The notes: generated by a model not told the origin, from the letters alone. A DNA stretch of 64,000 nucleotides from Sedimentisphaerales bacterium (GCA_963708075.1 OY970194.1:4832001-4896000); one strand, 5' to 3'. Counted from the stretch's first letter, positions 46,431 to 57,003 are shown. Numbers and translations: made by a program.

Positions 46431-47352
46431 CTAGTTGCGGTACTTGTCGATGGGTTGGGGGACCTTGTCCGTCGGGTCGCGCAGGTTGATGTACTTCACG
46501 CCCGCGCTGAGCGAGCCATACTGCATATAGTAGGTGTAGAGCTTGGCGAGCTTCTGCTCATCCTTGGCCTCAAGATGCTTGGCCCATTCGTCGATCTCCG
46601 CGCCCCAGATGATTTGCGTGTCGTCCTTGGTGTGAAGGATGATGTGAGGGTTCTCGCGAGCGCCGTCGGCCCTTGTAGTTGCCAACGTCGATGCTGGCGA
46701 TCTGCTCCAGCAGAGGGGTTTGCGGCGCGTATTCCGCGTCCGCGCGATGCAGAAGGCTGATCAGGGTCACGGCCGCCTCCAGGTCGTCGCGGTCGTACCG
46801 CTCTCCCGGCGTCGGGGGCAGCCCGGCCGCCAGGCCTTTGACTTCAACAATCGGCAGTTGCGGCATCGGCATTTGGTCCAGCACAACGAGGTCCGAATCC
46901 ACATAGTATTGCCATGAGCCCCTCTGGATCATGGCCACGGGCTTGCGCCAGCGGGCCTTCACACGCACTGCGTCATGGGTGATCTGGACGCGGACGTCGG
47001 CCAGCCAGACCATCGGCTCAAGATTGCGTGCAACGACGGCCGCTGTATCATCCTTGATCGGGAACCAGTTGCCGCCCGCCATGGCGGCGACCCTCGCCTT
47101 CAGATCATGGTTCGCCCAGTTCGGGACCTCCACCAGGATCAGCGACCCTTCCGCGCCGGCATTTGCCCCTCGTACGATTCCCTCCGCGTAGCGCAGGCCG
47201 AAGCCTGCTGCCACCAGCAGGCCAATGACGATCGCCAGTTTCAGCATGACGACCCAATTCCACCGCCGGCTCGCAGTCCGACTCTTGCTCCTCGTATTGC
47301 GCCAGGAGAGAAACCTCTCCTTGATGCTCACTCTTTTCTTCTTATCTCCCAC
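46431..47352 (-). CDS. ftsQ: FtsQ/DivIB-like cell division protein; 1-nt frameshift near 46649
   Basis: Follows ddl; basic N-terminus, TM, POTRA-like WLADVRV...WRKPVA...YVDSDLVVL and a C-terminal YINLR. Removing one G at 46648-46650 joins the two ORFs. Confidence 0.7.
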
Positions 47353-47425
47353 GTGCAGCCTCACCTCGTCTGTCTTATGAACTGGAGTCTTGCAAGACTC
47401 TACCAATCGCAAACCGACTCAACAA

Positions 47426-47504
47426 GGGCGCCATGTCTACGCTTGCGTAAACATGTTCCACTCGATGGGCAAGACATGCTTACGCGAGCGTAAGCATGGC
47501 ACCC
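47426..47504. repeat. REP-like element (CATGCTTACGCGAGCGTAAGCATGGCACCC family)
   Basis: The 30 bp core is identical to 51662-51691. Confidence 0.8.
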
Positions 47505-47589
47505 AAGCCCTAACACATCCTGTTTCTTCCGACACCCGCCGCAAAGCGGCGCAGCGACTTAAGAGTTCACCGCCCTCCAGGACGGCAGT

Positions 47590-48588
47590 CTACGGTTTGA
47601 CCCGACAATTCCTCCGTGCGTGGACCCTTCGCACGATCTGCGTGCACAGGTCCTTCATGGGCAACCCAATCTTCGCCGCCGCCTTGGGAAGCAGCGAGTG
47701 GCTGGTAAAGCCGGGAATCGTATTCGCCTCCAGGGCATAGGGTGTGCCGTCATCGGTCAGGATGAAGTCCATCCTGGCGAAATCCCGGCAGCCCAGTGCG
47801 TCGAAGCACGCGAGCGCCGCCCTGCCGATCCGCGTGCGTATGCCTTCATCCTCGATCGTGTCGAAGAGGTACTGCGTCTGATCGCTGACATACTTGGCGT
47901 GGTAATCATAGAAATCCGTTTTGCTGCGGATCTCGATGATGGGGAGCGTCTGGCGTCCGAGAACGCCGACAGTCAGCTCGCGTCCGCGGACAAACGACTC
48001 GATCATGCAGTCGCCGAACTCCGCGTGCACCTGCCGGGCGGCCTCGATGGCCGCTTGCTGCGTCCCCACGATGTGCACGCCGACGCTGCTGCCCTGCCGG
48101 ATGGGCTTGACCACGAGCCGCCCGCCGGGGGTCTGGATTCGCCGTTCGAGCTCCTGCACGTCCATGTCCGGGCGGAATTCCACGACCGCCGGCACGCTCA
48201 CGCCCGCCTCGGCGAACAATCGCTTGCTCGCCATCTTGTCGAACGCCAGCCGGCTCGCCCGCGGGCCGCAACCGGTATACGTCAGGCCCCGATCTTCGAG
48301 GACTTGTTGAAGCTGCCCGTCCTCGCCGAATTCGCCGTGCAACGCCAGAAAGAAGACGTCGACGTCTTTTCTGTCCAGAACCTGCATGTCGTCGGGTCGA
48401 ATATCCGAGACAATTACATCGAATCCGCCTTCGCGAAGGGCCTCGGCGACATACCGGCCGCTCTCGAGGCTTACTTCACGCTCACGCCCCACCCCGCCCC
48501 GCAGGACGGCGACTTTGACCGGATCCTGGTGATCCGAAGTTTGATGTTTGATATTTGATTGTTGATTTGGCGAGAGTTGCTCTATCAT
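47590..48588 (-). CDS. ddl: D-alanine--D-alanine ligase
   Basis: EREVSLESG, LHGEFGEDG, GSSVG, FYDYHAKY and LEANTIPGFTSHSLLP. Confidence 0.96.
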   Translation of the reverse strand: MIEQLSPNQQSNIKHQTSDHQDPVKVAVLRGGVGREREVSLESGRYVAEALREGGFDVIVSDIRPDDMQVLDRKDVDVFFLALHGEFGEDGQLQQVLEDRGLTYTGCGPRASRLAFDKMASKRLFAEAGVSVPAVVEFRPDMDVQELERRIQTPGGRLVVKPIRQGSSVGVHIVGTQQAAIEAARQVHAEFGDCMIESFVRGRELTVGVLGRQTLPIIEIRSKTDFYDYHAKYVSDQTQYLFDTIEDEGIRTRIGRAALACFDALGCRDFARMDFILTDDGTPYALEANTIPGFTSHSLLPKAAAKIGLPMKDLCTQIVRRVHARRNCRVKP

Positions 48589-48947
48589 TGCCGATCTCTT
48601 CCGAGTTTCGAAGTTCTTACGCCCGATGTAAAAATGGCCGTTAGCGCGTCGGACTCTGCCAGGAGGGCAGCCACTCGTTTTTCCGGCAGAAGCCCGCCTT
48701 CAGTCACCAGTTCGAGCCAGAAGCAGGTTTCGTCTGCTTCCTCTGCAACTGTGCCGAGTTTCGCCGCAAACTCCGCCTTGGACCGCGCGCGGCAAGCCGC
48801 CCGGTAATTCGCCCCGACCGAAGTCCCGCTGCGCACCAATTGCCCTCCGATCGCCCTCCCGACTGTAGTTCTCGGCAGTGCTCCGACCAGCTTTATTGTC
48901 CGCAGGGCGAACTGCTTCGTCCTGGCTTTCAGTTCGGCGATGTTCAT
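48585..48947 (-). CDS. Four helix bundle protein (23S rRNA IVP family)
   Basis: RTKQFA, QLVRSGTSVGANYRAACRARSKAEF and EEADET.FWLEL; flanked by heptamer repeats. Confidence 0.92.
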   Translation of the reverse strand: MNIAELKARTKQFALRTIKLVGALPRTTVGRAIGGQLVRSGTSVGANYRAACRARSKAEFAAKLGTVAEEADETCFWLELVTEGGLLPEKRVAALLAESDALTAIFTSGVRTSKLGRDRQ

Positions 48948-49000
48948 CCGGCGCGCTCTTAAAAATCAAACATCAACCATCAAAAATCATACTTCAGTGG

Positions 49001-49882
49001 CTACTGCCACACTTCAAGCTCAAGCTGCAACTCGACGTCGAATCGCTCGCGGACTTTCTGCCGGATCGTATCGATCAACTGCATCACATCGCGACTGGTG
49101 CACCCTTCTCTCGCCACGATGAAATTCGCGTGCTTTTCGCTGACCACCGCCCCGCCAACTTCAAAGCCCTTGAGGCCGGCCCGGTCGATCAAGGCCCCGG
49201 CCGCCCCTTCCGGCGGGTTCTTGAAGACGCACCCGCAGTTCCTCGTATTGAGTGGCTGGGTATTCTTCTTGTAGATCCAGCTCTCCTTCACCGTCCGCAG
49301 GATCTGCTCCGGGTCCGCGGGCGTCAGTTTCATCTGTGCGTTCAGAATGAATCTGGCCCGGATGTTCACCGAGCGGTAGTCGAAGATCAACTCCGGCTTT
49401 TTTTTCTCGAAAACGACGCCCTGAGCATCCATCAGCGTGACCGTGTCGATGACCGAGCCGATGTCTCCGAATCGGCCGCCGGCGTTCATCCGGACGGCCC
49501 CGCCGATCGAGCCGGGAATCCCCGTGAGCGTCTCAATCCCGGAAAGGCCCTTCTCGACACAATCGAGGACGAGCTTGCTCAGCTCGGCCCCGGCCCACGC
49601 CGTGACCTGCTCTTTCTTGAGCTCGGTGCGGCCGAACTCCTCGCCTTCCAGCCGAATCACCGCCCCGCGAACGCCTTCATCACTGACCAGAAGGTTCGAG
49701 CCGCGGCCCATCACGTACATGGGGATATGGTTCTCGTTGCAGCGGCGGACCACTTCCTTGAGCTCCTTCGTGGTCCTCGGCCGAATGAAATAGTCGGCCG
49801 GACCGCCTAAGCGGTACCACGTGTGCGGCGCCAGGACGTGGTTCTGTTCAACGATTTCGTCCAAGCCGGTGAATATACTCAT
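49001..49882 (-). CDS. murB: UDP-N-acetylenolpyruvoylglucosamine reductase
   Basis: GGPA, GSNLLV, GIPGSIGGAVRMNAG, YR, QP..GCVFKNP and HANF. Confidence 0.96.
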   Translation of the reverse strand: MSIFTGLDEIVEQNHVLAPHTWYRLGGPADYFIRPRTTKELKEVVRRCNENHIPMYVMGRGSNLLVSDEGVRGAVIRLEGEEFGRTELKKEQVTAWAGAELSKLVLDCVEKGLSGIETLTGIPGSIGGAVRMNAGGRFGDIGSVIDTVTLMDAQGVVFEKKKPELIFDYRSVNIRARFILNAQMKLTPADPEQILRTVKESWIYKKNTQPLNTRNCGCVFKNPPEGAAGALIDRAGLKGFEVGGAVVSEKHANFIVAREGCTSRDVMQLIDTIRQKVRERFDVELQLELEVWQ

Positions 49883-51248
49883 CTGCCACCTTCCAGACAT
49901 CGCCGGCGCCCATGGTCACCACGAGATCACCGCTGCGGACGTGCTGTTCGAGATAGTCGCACACCGCGTCAAAGCCTCCGATATGTTCTGCGTCCGTTCC
50001 ATGCTCCCGGATTCGCCCGGCCAGGATTTCCGCGTTGACCTCTTTGCGCGTGGCCTCCGAATCGCGCACGAAGTAGATCTCCGGGAGGATCGTCGTATCC
50101 GCCTGGGTGAAACTGCCGGCGAATTCGTCCAGGAGGGACTTGGTGCGGCTGTACTGGTGGGCCTGGAAGACGCACCAGAGCCGCTGCGGCCGGTATCGCT
50201 CGCGAATGGCCTTGAGACTGGCCCGGATCTCGGTTGGATGATGGGCGTAGTCGTCGAGCACGGTGACGCCGTTGAACTGTCCCTTGAGCATCAGCCGGCG
50301 GTCCATGCCGTGGAAGCCGTCGAGGACTGGGAGGATGCGTTCCGGCTCGATGCCGATGCACGCGGCCGTGGCAATCACCGCCATGGCGTTGAGCACGTTG
50401 TGGCGGCCCGGCAGGGAGATCCTGGCCGACCCCAGACAGATTCCCTCTCGGAAAACGTCGAACTGATAGAATCCGTCCTTCTCGCGGATGTTGCCCGCGG
50501 AGAAGTCATACTGCCCATCCAGCCCAAACGTCAGGACTGTGCGTTCGTCGCCAAGACGCCTGATGAGCTCGGCCGTATTGGGGTCCCCGCCATTGGCCAC
50601 AATCAATCCGCCCGGCTTGGTCCCCAGGGCGAACTGGTAAAACGCGTCAATGATGTCCTGCTCATCCCGGTAACAGTCGAGATGGTCCCGCTCGATATTC
50701 AGGATGGTGGCGACTTGCGGCTGGTAATTCTGAAAGCTGCGGTCGTACTCGCAGGCCTCGATGACGAAGTAGTCGCTGCGTCCGCCGCCGGAGGAGCCGC
50801 CCAATTGGGTGATCTCCGCCCCGACGACGAAGTTGACGTCGACGCCGATCTGCTTGAGGCACCAGGTCAGCCAGCCGGTGGTCGTGCTCTTGCCGTGCGT
50901 GCCGCTGATGGCGATCCCGTCGAACTGGTTGAACAGGTCGCCGAGCATCTGGGCGTACTTGACGACGCGACAGCCCTTGCGCCGGGCGACCTCCAGCTCG
51001 GGATTGCTCTCCCGAACCGCCGCGGAGATCACGACGGTATCCGTGTCCGGCGGCAGATTGCCCGCGCTGTGGCCGATGTGGATATCCGCCCCCAGCCCGG
51101 TCAACCGTGAAGTCACGGCGCTGGCCGTCTGGTCGGAGCCGCTGACAACCGCCTGGTTCTCCAGCAGCAGCCGCGCCAGGCCGCTCATGCCCACGCCCCC
51201 GGCCCCGATGAAATGATACTTCCTGCCTGCTACCTCTGGACGACTCAT
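49848..51248 (-). CDS. murC: UDP-N-acetylmuramate--L-alanine ligase
   Basis: HFIGAGGVGMSGLA, GTHGKSTTT, EACEYD, DHLD, DDYAHHPTE and MGAGD. Confidence 0.96.
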   Translation of the reverse strand: MSRPEVAGRKYHFIGAGGVGMSGLARLLLENQAVVSGSDQTASAVTSRLTGLGADIHIGHSAGNLPPDTDTVVISAAVRESNPELEVARRKGCRVVKYAQMLGDLFNQFDGIAISGTHGKSTTTGWLTWCLKQIGVDVNFVVGAEITQLGGSSGGGRSDYFVIEACEYDRSFQNYQPQVATILNIERDHLDCYRDEQDIIDAFYQFALGTKPGGLIVANGGDPNTAELIRRLGDERTVLTFGLDGQYDFSAGNIREKDGFYQFDVFREGICLGSARISLPGRHNVLNAMAVIATAACIGIEPERILPVLDGFHGMDRRLMLKGQFNGVTVLDDYAHHPTEIRASLKAIRERYRPQRLWCVFQAHQYSRTKSLLDEFAGSFTQADTTILPEIYFVRDSEATRKEVNAEILAGRIREHGTDAEHIGGFDAVCDYLEQHVRSGDLVVTMGAGDVWKVADEYIHRLGRNR

Positions 51249-51559
51249 GACCTCGACCACCTCATACCGGTGGGCGGCCTTGACCGTCACCGTCCGGGTT
51301 CTCAATCTCCGGGTAACTCATTGCATCCCTTCTTTCAACTTAGGCCTCCCTGCCCAAAAACATCGGCACAGTATAGTGAAAACCCTCAGCAAAAAAAAGC
51401 ACGAAACGCGAAATTCGACCTGCGATCTGCGGCGTGCAGCCATCTCGCCGCGTCACGTGAGAACGAACACACAATTTGCGCAACGCGCGAGCACATCAGG
51501 CATGGTCATGCTATGGATGCAGGTACGTGTTGCCATAGGGAATGTCGAAGGTACCGGAC

Positions 51560-51691
51560 GGGTGGCAGCGGCAAGCGCAGCCTGCGGAGCTTGCCGATGG
51601 CGAATGGGCAGACCATCAGCAAGCTGGCGCTTGCCGCTGCCACCCGACGCCCTATTCGAGGCATGCTTACGCGAGCGTAAGCATGGCACCC
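51560..51691. repeat. Tandem REP-like elements of two families
   Basis: gggtggcagcggcaagc...gcttgccgctgccaccc followed by catgcttacgcgagcgtaagcatggcaccc. Confidence 0.8.
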
Positions 51692-51750
51692 TGCGACTGA
51701 TCAGAGTTGTCCGTCAAGGCTGATTAGGAGATCGCAGACTAGCAGGCGGC

Positions 51751-52200
51751 TCACCGTCGCGTCGCTTTGGAGCGGCGTGTGCCCACCTCGTCCCTGCTTT
51801 CCTTGTTGTGGTCTTCCAGCAGCTTCATCGCCTTCTTGACATCGGAGACTTTGAGGACCCCGGTCGTGCGTCCGCCACTGGCCCCGGCGGTGCAGTAGGC
51901 ATAGGAGATGTTGATGTGTCCCTTGGCCAGCTTCTCGGCCACGATGGCGAGGGCCCCGGCCTTGTTGGCCAGGTTCACACACAGGACCTCCGTCTCGTTG
52001 TAGGGCATGTTCAGCTTTGAGAGGATCTCCCGGGCCTTGTTCGGGTCTTCGAACACCACGCGCATGACGCCATGCTCGGCAGAGTCCATCATGGTGATCG
52101 CCGTGATGTTGATTTTGGCGTTCGCGAACTCCCCCAGGACCTTGGCCAGCACGCCGGGCTTATTGACCATGAATACCGAAAACTGCGGTGCAACGTACAT
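51751..52200 (-). CDS. Tandem ACT-domain protein
   Basis: QFSVFMVNKPGVLA...INI and NKAGALA...INISYAY. Confidence 0.9.
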   Translation of the reverse strand: MYVAPQFSVFMVNKPGVLAKVLGEFANAKINITAITMMDSAEHGVMRVVFEDPNKAREILSKLNMPYNETEVLCVNLANKAGALAIVAEKLAKGHINISYAYCTAGASGGRTTGVLKVSDVKKAMKLLEDHNKESRDEVGTRRSKATRR

Positions 52201-52419
52201 TCCTTTGTCCTTCCACGATTTGCCATGTCCAATCTGCGCTTCTGTCAGCCAATTGCTGTCGTCCCACCCATTCCGGCCTGGTTCGCCAGTTCAGGCATGC
52301 TGCGATTATCGCATACGCAACCCTGTTCTTCAACCAGAATCTTGCCGGCCCCCGGCCCGGGGGTGCGGTCGGCATACGGTGGCGGATTCGGATTCCACCC
52401 GACACAAGAGCGCAGCCCA

Positions 52420-52710
52420 GTCTTCTTTCGCCCCTGCGGGGCTTTGGGATAGGATTGGCTATGGGTACCCACCGTTGAAACGGTGGGCTATTGTCGATCG
52501 CCCCTGTGGGGCGGATGGGCCGACGCAAGAGGACTGGGGCGAAGTCCAGGCTCGAAGGGCGATAGAGAATAGCCTTCAATTTGACAGGACCACAAAGCTC
52601 AGCCATGGCGCAGTCCAAGCCCGCAGGGCGATAGAGAATAGCCCAGCGATTGATCGCTGGGGAACCGGGGCCGAGGACAAAAGCCAGTCCCGTAAGGGAC
52701 GAAAGAGGCG
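52420..52710. repeat. Long hairpin repeat cluster (CCCACCGTTGAAACGGTGGG / CCCAGCGATTGATCGCTGGG)
   Basis: The same modules occur at 32560-32760; they resemble hairpins seen with IS200/IS605-type Y1 transposases. Confidence 0.75.
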
Positions 52711-52958
52711 CAGTCCGCACACGGCGGCTACACGCCGCCACCGAATTCCGACCACACCCCCGGCCCGGCAGCAGCAAAAAATGAGGCGACGGACCTTGCC
52801 CGCAACAGCCCGTAATCCGGTGGGCGTCCCTTGGCACGGTCCGGGAAAACCGGCCAAACAGGGCTTTCTGGGCCGCAAACGCCCTTTGTAAGGGCTTGTG
52901 TCGCGACCATGTCGAGACAAAAAAATGCGGAAAAATGTGAAAATTGCGAATACCGCCC

Positions 52959-52987
52959 TTGACCGGAGGGCGTCCGTGGTGTAATAT
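52959..52987 (+). promoter_or_regulatory. sigma70 promoter of the candidate sRNA
   Basis: TTGACC-17 nt-TAATAT with an A-rich upstream region. Confidence 0.65.
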
Positions 52988-52992
52988 AAGTA

Positions 52993-53066
52993 TAAATACG
53001 TATAGCAATGCAAGCCCCTGGGTAGTCTCGCTTCCTCTCCCTCCGTTTGCTCAGGGGCTTTTTTTT
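52993..53066 (+). ncRNA. Candidate small RNA with a CU-rich anti-SD loop and intrinsic terminator
   Basis: AU-rich 5' end, a 13 bp stem aagcccctgggta/tgctcaggggctt (2 G-U pairs), a 23 nt loop gtctcgcttcctctccctccgtt and a T8 run; no credible ORF. Confidence 0.6.
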
Positions 53067-53273
53067 CTTCCTTGGGCCAGTGTACCGCTACCCTGGCCCA
53101 TCTGAGCCCGGCCGCACCGCATGAATCAGCAACGTTTCGGGGTCTACCATCCTTCTTTTCGTTCGCCTGGGCGCAGAGTGAAGTGCAACACGCCGGAAAT
53201 GTCACTTACGGCTGCAAAATACGTAGTTTCACGTATGGTACGGAGTCGGAAAACCTCTCGCGTGGTGCCGGTT

Positions 53274-53367
53274 TTGTCATCCTGACGCAAAGCCGAAGGA
53301 TCTGGCCACCGAATATGAGGGTCCTCTCGCTCGCGGCCCAGATCCTTCGCTGCGCTCAGGATGACAA
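53274..53367. repeat. REP-like palindrome (GTCATCCTGAGCGCAGCGAAGGATCT family)
   Basis: ttgtcatcctga...gaaggatctgg...ccagatccttcgctgcgctcaggatgacaa. Confidence 0.8.
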
Positions 53368-53509
53368 GCAGGGCGCACGAAGTAATCACAATTCATATGA
53401 CAGGGCGTCTTTCGCAAACCAATGACCGGTAAAGGCAGGCGCGTTATGCGTCTCGCCGCCCGCTTCGGTCGTCGGCCGTTGTCAATCGGGATTTGGCTTG
53501 TCGGCGCAG

Positions 53510-56500
53510 CTACTTGGGCTCGTACGTGATCTTCAGATGAGCCGCCTTGTCGGGGGCGCCTTCATAGGCCCAGAATCGGCGGTCTTCCTCGAAGTCGGAA
53601 CTGGTATAGAGGATCACAATGGCGTTGCCGGCCGACCAGCCGGGTCTGTTGACCACCTCCTGGAGGACTTGGGCGATGTCGGGGCTCTCGTACCAGGTAT
53701 TCGGGTTCCAGGCAACTTCCCAGTCCCAAGCCCGCGAAGCGGTTGTCCCCTTCACATTCGAGAGGCGTTTGACCGTGAAGTCGACGGGGTTGTCGGCCGC
53801 CTCGGCCTGGAGCTTGGCCATAATCCGGCCGGTCAGGCCAAACGTGTACGAGCAGATGCCCAGCGTGGCGCTCTTGATCGCAGCCCCCTGCGGGATCTGA
53901 ACGCCCTGGAATCGCATGGCAGCCAGAGACTCGCCGACGATCAGCACGTTGTTACTGAGTTCCTGGTAGGAGCCGTACTTCATGCCGTGTACGTCATCCG
54001 CCCCGGCTGACACCCGGTATTCCACCGTGACTTCCCGCTGGACCGAGATGCGCGCGGTGGCTGGTTTCGATTTTCCTCCGAATGGGGCTGTGCCGCCGTC
54101 ATCGGCCAGGAACGTGAAGCTGTCCTGTCCCACCCAGCCGGCGTCGGGTCGATAGACAACCTGGTTGGCCGGCAGCGTCGAGGGGACCTGATTGATGGGC
54201 GTGCCCCCGGCGACACTCTCCAGCCGGCCATGTCCCGGCAGCGACGCAATAGCGTACGTGATCTTGCCCGGCGGCTCCGGCGAGCCATCGTCCGTAGCCT
54301 GGAGGGTCACGACCGCGGGCGTATGGATTGCCGCGATCACATCAACGTCCTGGGCGACCGGGGGAGCCGCCTGGGTCGAGCGCAGGGTGGCTGTCCCCGC
54401 TCCCGAGACTCGCTTGACTGCCAGCAGGACGGGCATATCCGACGGGGCCACATAGCTCAAAGACTCGTCGAGGTCCATGGCTGCATTTGTGCTTGAGGCA
54501 AGAATCACCGGCGTGCCGGTTCGGCCTGGAGTCATGCTGTACAGGTAGAGGTCGAAATCCGCCTCAGCCGGGTTGTCGAGGGACAGGCTGACGCCGCGCC
54601 CGGCCGTCAGGTGCACGGTCCGTGCCCAGACGCGTTTGTCCGTGGCCTTGCCGCCCAAGCTGACGCTCGCATCGGTACCGGGTGCATAGCTCTGGCTGAT
54701 ACCCTCAACCGCTGCATCGGGGTTGATCATCCCGTATCCTTCGTAAGAGTCTTTCGAGATGGGCCAGTTATTGGGCCCGCTACTGTCACGCTGCAGGGTC
54801 GGATTGTCGTTGCCTGACTCCCGCTTGGCGTTCGTCTCCGACGCCGTGGCGCACAGAAGCATCTTCACGTAGCGGGGCAGGTCACTGGAGTTGAAATCCC
54901 AAAGGGCGCCCTGGTGCCCCAGAGCTTCAATCACCAGGGCCGCAGAACCCGCAACGAATGGTGCGGCCAAGGAAGTTCCCATCGCCGGCGTATAGTCGTT
55001 GGCCATCTGATCCTTGTCGTTTCCATCCGCGGTGCCGCTGTCCACAGACATCACGGACGTGTACCGCGGGGAGCCACCCGGGGCAAGGACGTCCGGCTTG
55101 TAATCCTCGTTTTCGCACGGGTCCAGGAACCCACGTGATGAGTAGCTGGTGAGGACATTCTCATCATTTGCCGCACCAACTGTGAGGGCCATCGCGGCTC
55201 GTGGCGGGTCCGCCATGTTCCGCTCGGCCGATGTCTTCGCATCGCCGCTATTGCCGGCGGCCGACACCACAACGATCCCGTTATTGACGACGGTATTAAC
55301 CTTGTCGCGCAGCGGCACACTCTCCAGAGGCAGGTCATTGTCGTCAGAAAGCCCATAACTGAGACTGATGACCTTGATCTTCGTTTGTGCCCGGCGAACA
55401 ACCAGATCGTCCAACGCCACCGAGAAGTCATTGTCATCGACCACCCCATCGCGCGTCTCAACCTTGACCGCCGCCCATCGGCAGCCCGGTGCGACGCCGC
55501 CGAATTTGTTGAAGCCATCGCCAACGCCGGGATAGGAATTGATGGTAGTCATGATGACAGCGTCTTCCAGCATGGAGGTCTCATAGCTGGCAATCAGAAC
55601 CGTGGAGAAAAGCGAATCGGGCGTGCCTGTCAGGACGGCGTTCATCGATGCCACCCCCTCCCCTATGTCGCCTCCTGTCGTTCCAGTCCAATCGAAGTCG
55701 CTGAGGAGGGTCCCTCTGGTCCAACGCACATGGATCAGGGCGGCAAGATTACCGCCATCCCAGTGTGCCGCGGAGTACACGTTCGAAAGGCCGATAGGGA
55801 GGCTTATAGGATCCACCAGATGAATCGAATCGGATGAGGGTGCCACATAAGTGTAGCGAAGCTTCTCGTTCGCCGCGCCGCCGGACTTGCCTGTCCCGAG
55901 GGCCACGCCGGCACAGAGGCTGCCGTGGCCGGCATAGTCCACGGGGCTCGGCTCGTTGTCGTCGGTGAAGTCGCGCCAATAGACGCATCGGCCGGCCAAA
56001 TCGGGGTGTGTGCCGTCCACACCGGTGTCGATGAATGCGATGGTCGTGTTCGGATCGCCGTGGAAGCCGGTGGGAGTTCCGGCAAATCCGGGCTGCCAGA
56101 TCGGTCGTACCCGACCGGTCCGCGAGGACAGGTCCATGTACGCGACGAGCCGCCGAATGGGCTCCACCTGCACGAGGCTTGGCCCCATCACGGCGGGCAG
56201 AAACGCGACCTGCTCACGCGGGATTCGTCCATTCCAGCCATAGGAGATCGCCTGGAACAGGTATGTGATCTCGCCGCCCATGGCGACGAAATCATCGATC
56301 TGCTGCTGTGTCACGGGCGCATTGAAGACCAGTTCCACCGTGATCATGCGACCATCACCGACTTGCCCCTGAGGTGTCGCGACGGAGATATCCTTCCGGC
56401 GAATCACCCTGCTTTCCAGGTCATCATTGATGCGGTTGCCGTTCAGGTCGGCCGGATACACCTCGCTGATCACCGGAGCCACCTGCAGCGGTGCGGGTGG

Positions 56501-56668
56501 ACGCAAAGTCCCGGCCCCGATCAGCCCCGGCGACAACAGCAGGCAAGCCAAAACCACCAGAAACAAAGGCGTCCGGATCACGTTCTTCCGACCTGCCCAG
56601 TTCTCTCCTGCAAAGGATTTCGGGGATGTCTTGGCATGACGCGATGCGCACGGCGACAGTGGATTCAT
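53510..56668 (-). CDS. Secreted S8 serine peptidase with PPC-like, Ig-like and C-terminal beta-sandwich domains
   Basis: Catalytic triad IDTG, GHGSLCAG and GTSLAAP; AAGN, KPDVLAPG, GYGMIN, DFDLYLY and GQDSFTF; RBS aggagg. Confidence 0.92.
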   Translation of the reverse strand: MNPLSPCASRHAKTSPKSFAGENWAGRKNVIRTPLFLVVLACLLLSPGLIGAGTLRPPAPLQVAPVISEVYPADLNGNRINDDLESRVIRRKDISVATPQGQVGDGRMITVELVFNAPVTQQQIDDFVAMGGEITYLFQAISYGWNGRIPREQVAFLPAVMGPSLVQVEPIRRLVAYMDLSSRTGRVRPIWQPGFAGTPTGFHGDPNTTIAFIDTGVDGTHPDLAGRCVYWRDFTDDNEPSPVDYAGHGSLCAGVALGTGKSGGAANEKLRYTYVAPSSDSIHLVDPISLPIGLSNVYSAAHWDGGNLAALIHVRWTRGTLLSDFDWTGTTGGDIGEGVASMNAVLTGTPDSLFSTVLIASYETSMLEDAVIMTTINSYPGVGDGFNKFGGVAPGCRWAAVKVETRDGVVDDNDFSVALDDLVVRRAQTKIKVISLSYGLSDDNDLPLESVPLRDKVNTVVNNGIVVVSAAGNSGDAKTSAERNMADPPRAAMALTVGAANDENVLTSYSSRGFLDPCENEDYKPDVLAPGGSPRYTSVMSVDSGTADGNDKDQMANDYTPAMGTSLAAPFVAGSAALVIEALGHQGALWDFNSSDLPRYVKMLLCATASETNAKRESGNDNPTLQRDSSGPNNWPISKDSYEGYGMINPDAAVEGISQSYAPGTDASVSLGGKATDKRVWARTVHLTAGRGVSLSLDNPAEADFDLYLYSMTPGRTGTPVILASSTNAAMDLDESLSYVAPSDMPVLLAVKRVSGAGTATLRSTQAAPPVAQDVDVIAAIHTPAVVTLQATDDGSPEPPGKITYAIASLPGHGRLESVAGGTPINQVPSTLPANQVVYRPDAGWVGQDSFTFLADDGGTAPFGGKSKPATARISVQREVTVEYRVSAGADDVHGMKYGSYQELSNNVLIVGESLAAMRFQGVQIPQGAAIKSATLGICSYTFGLTGRIMAKLQAEAADNPVDFTVKRLSNVKGTTASRAWDWEVAWNPNTWYESPDIAQVLQEVVNRPGWSAGNAIVILYTSSDFEEDRRFWAYEGAPDKAAHLKITYEPK

Positions 56669-56934
56669 TCTCTCCTCCTTTTTACTAGAACGCAGGAGAT
56701 CGCGGATTCAACCGTTCAGAACCCAGGCCTCCCAACCCAAGGACGCATGCGAAGCGAAAGACGATATCTCGCCGCAGTCCAACGCCCGCCCGGCGTGCCT
56801 CCACAGGCGTCACCCAGGGAGCTGCATTCATGGTACACCTTTCCTCCGCGCCGCGTCAAGAAAAAAGGACTTCCATGCAGCAGAAACCCGGCGTTGGAGG
56901 ATGCAGAGGGGGCATGGGTGTCGTGACATCGCCA

Positions 56935-56963
56935 TTGACCCGGAAGGCGCCGGCGGGTATAAT
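56935..56963 (+). promoter_or_regulatory. sigma70 promoter
   Basis: TTGACC-17 nt-TATAAT, followed by RBS aaggagg and ATG 57004. Confidence 0.75.
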
Positions 56964-57003
56964 GAGCAGATTGTGGGCATGATGGAAAAGGAGGACTTCA
57001 CCA

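Noticed and set aside
52007..53425. ORFs of 100-290 aa in the gap between the ACT and S8 genes
   Set aside because: They are translations of palindromic repeats (PPLKRWAI, SPAINRWAI, VILSAAKDL) with no RBS or domain.
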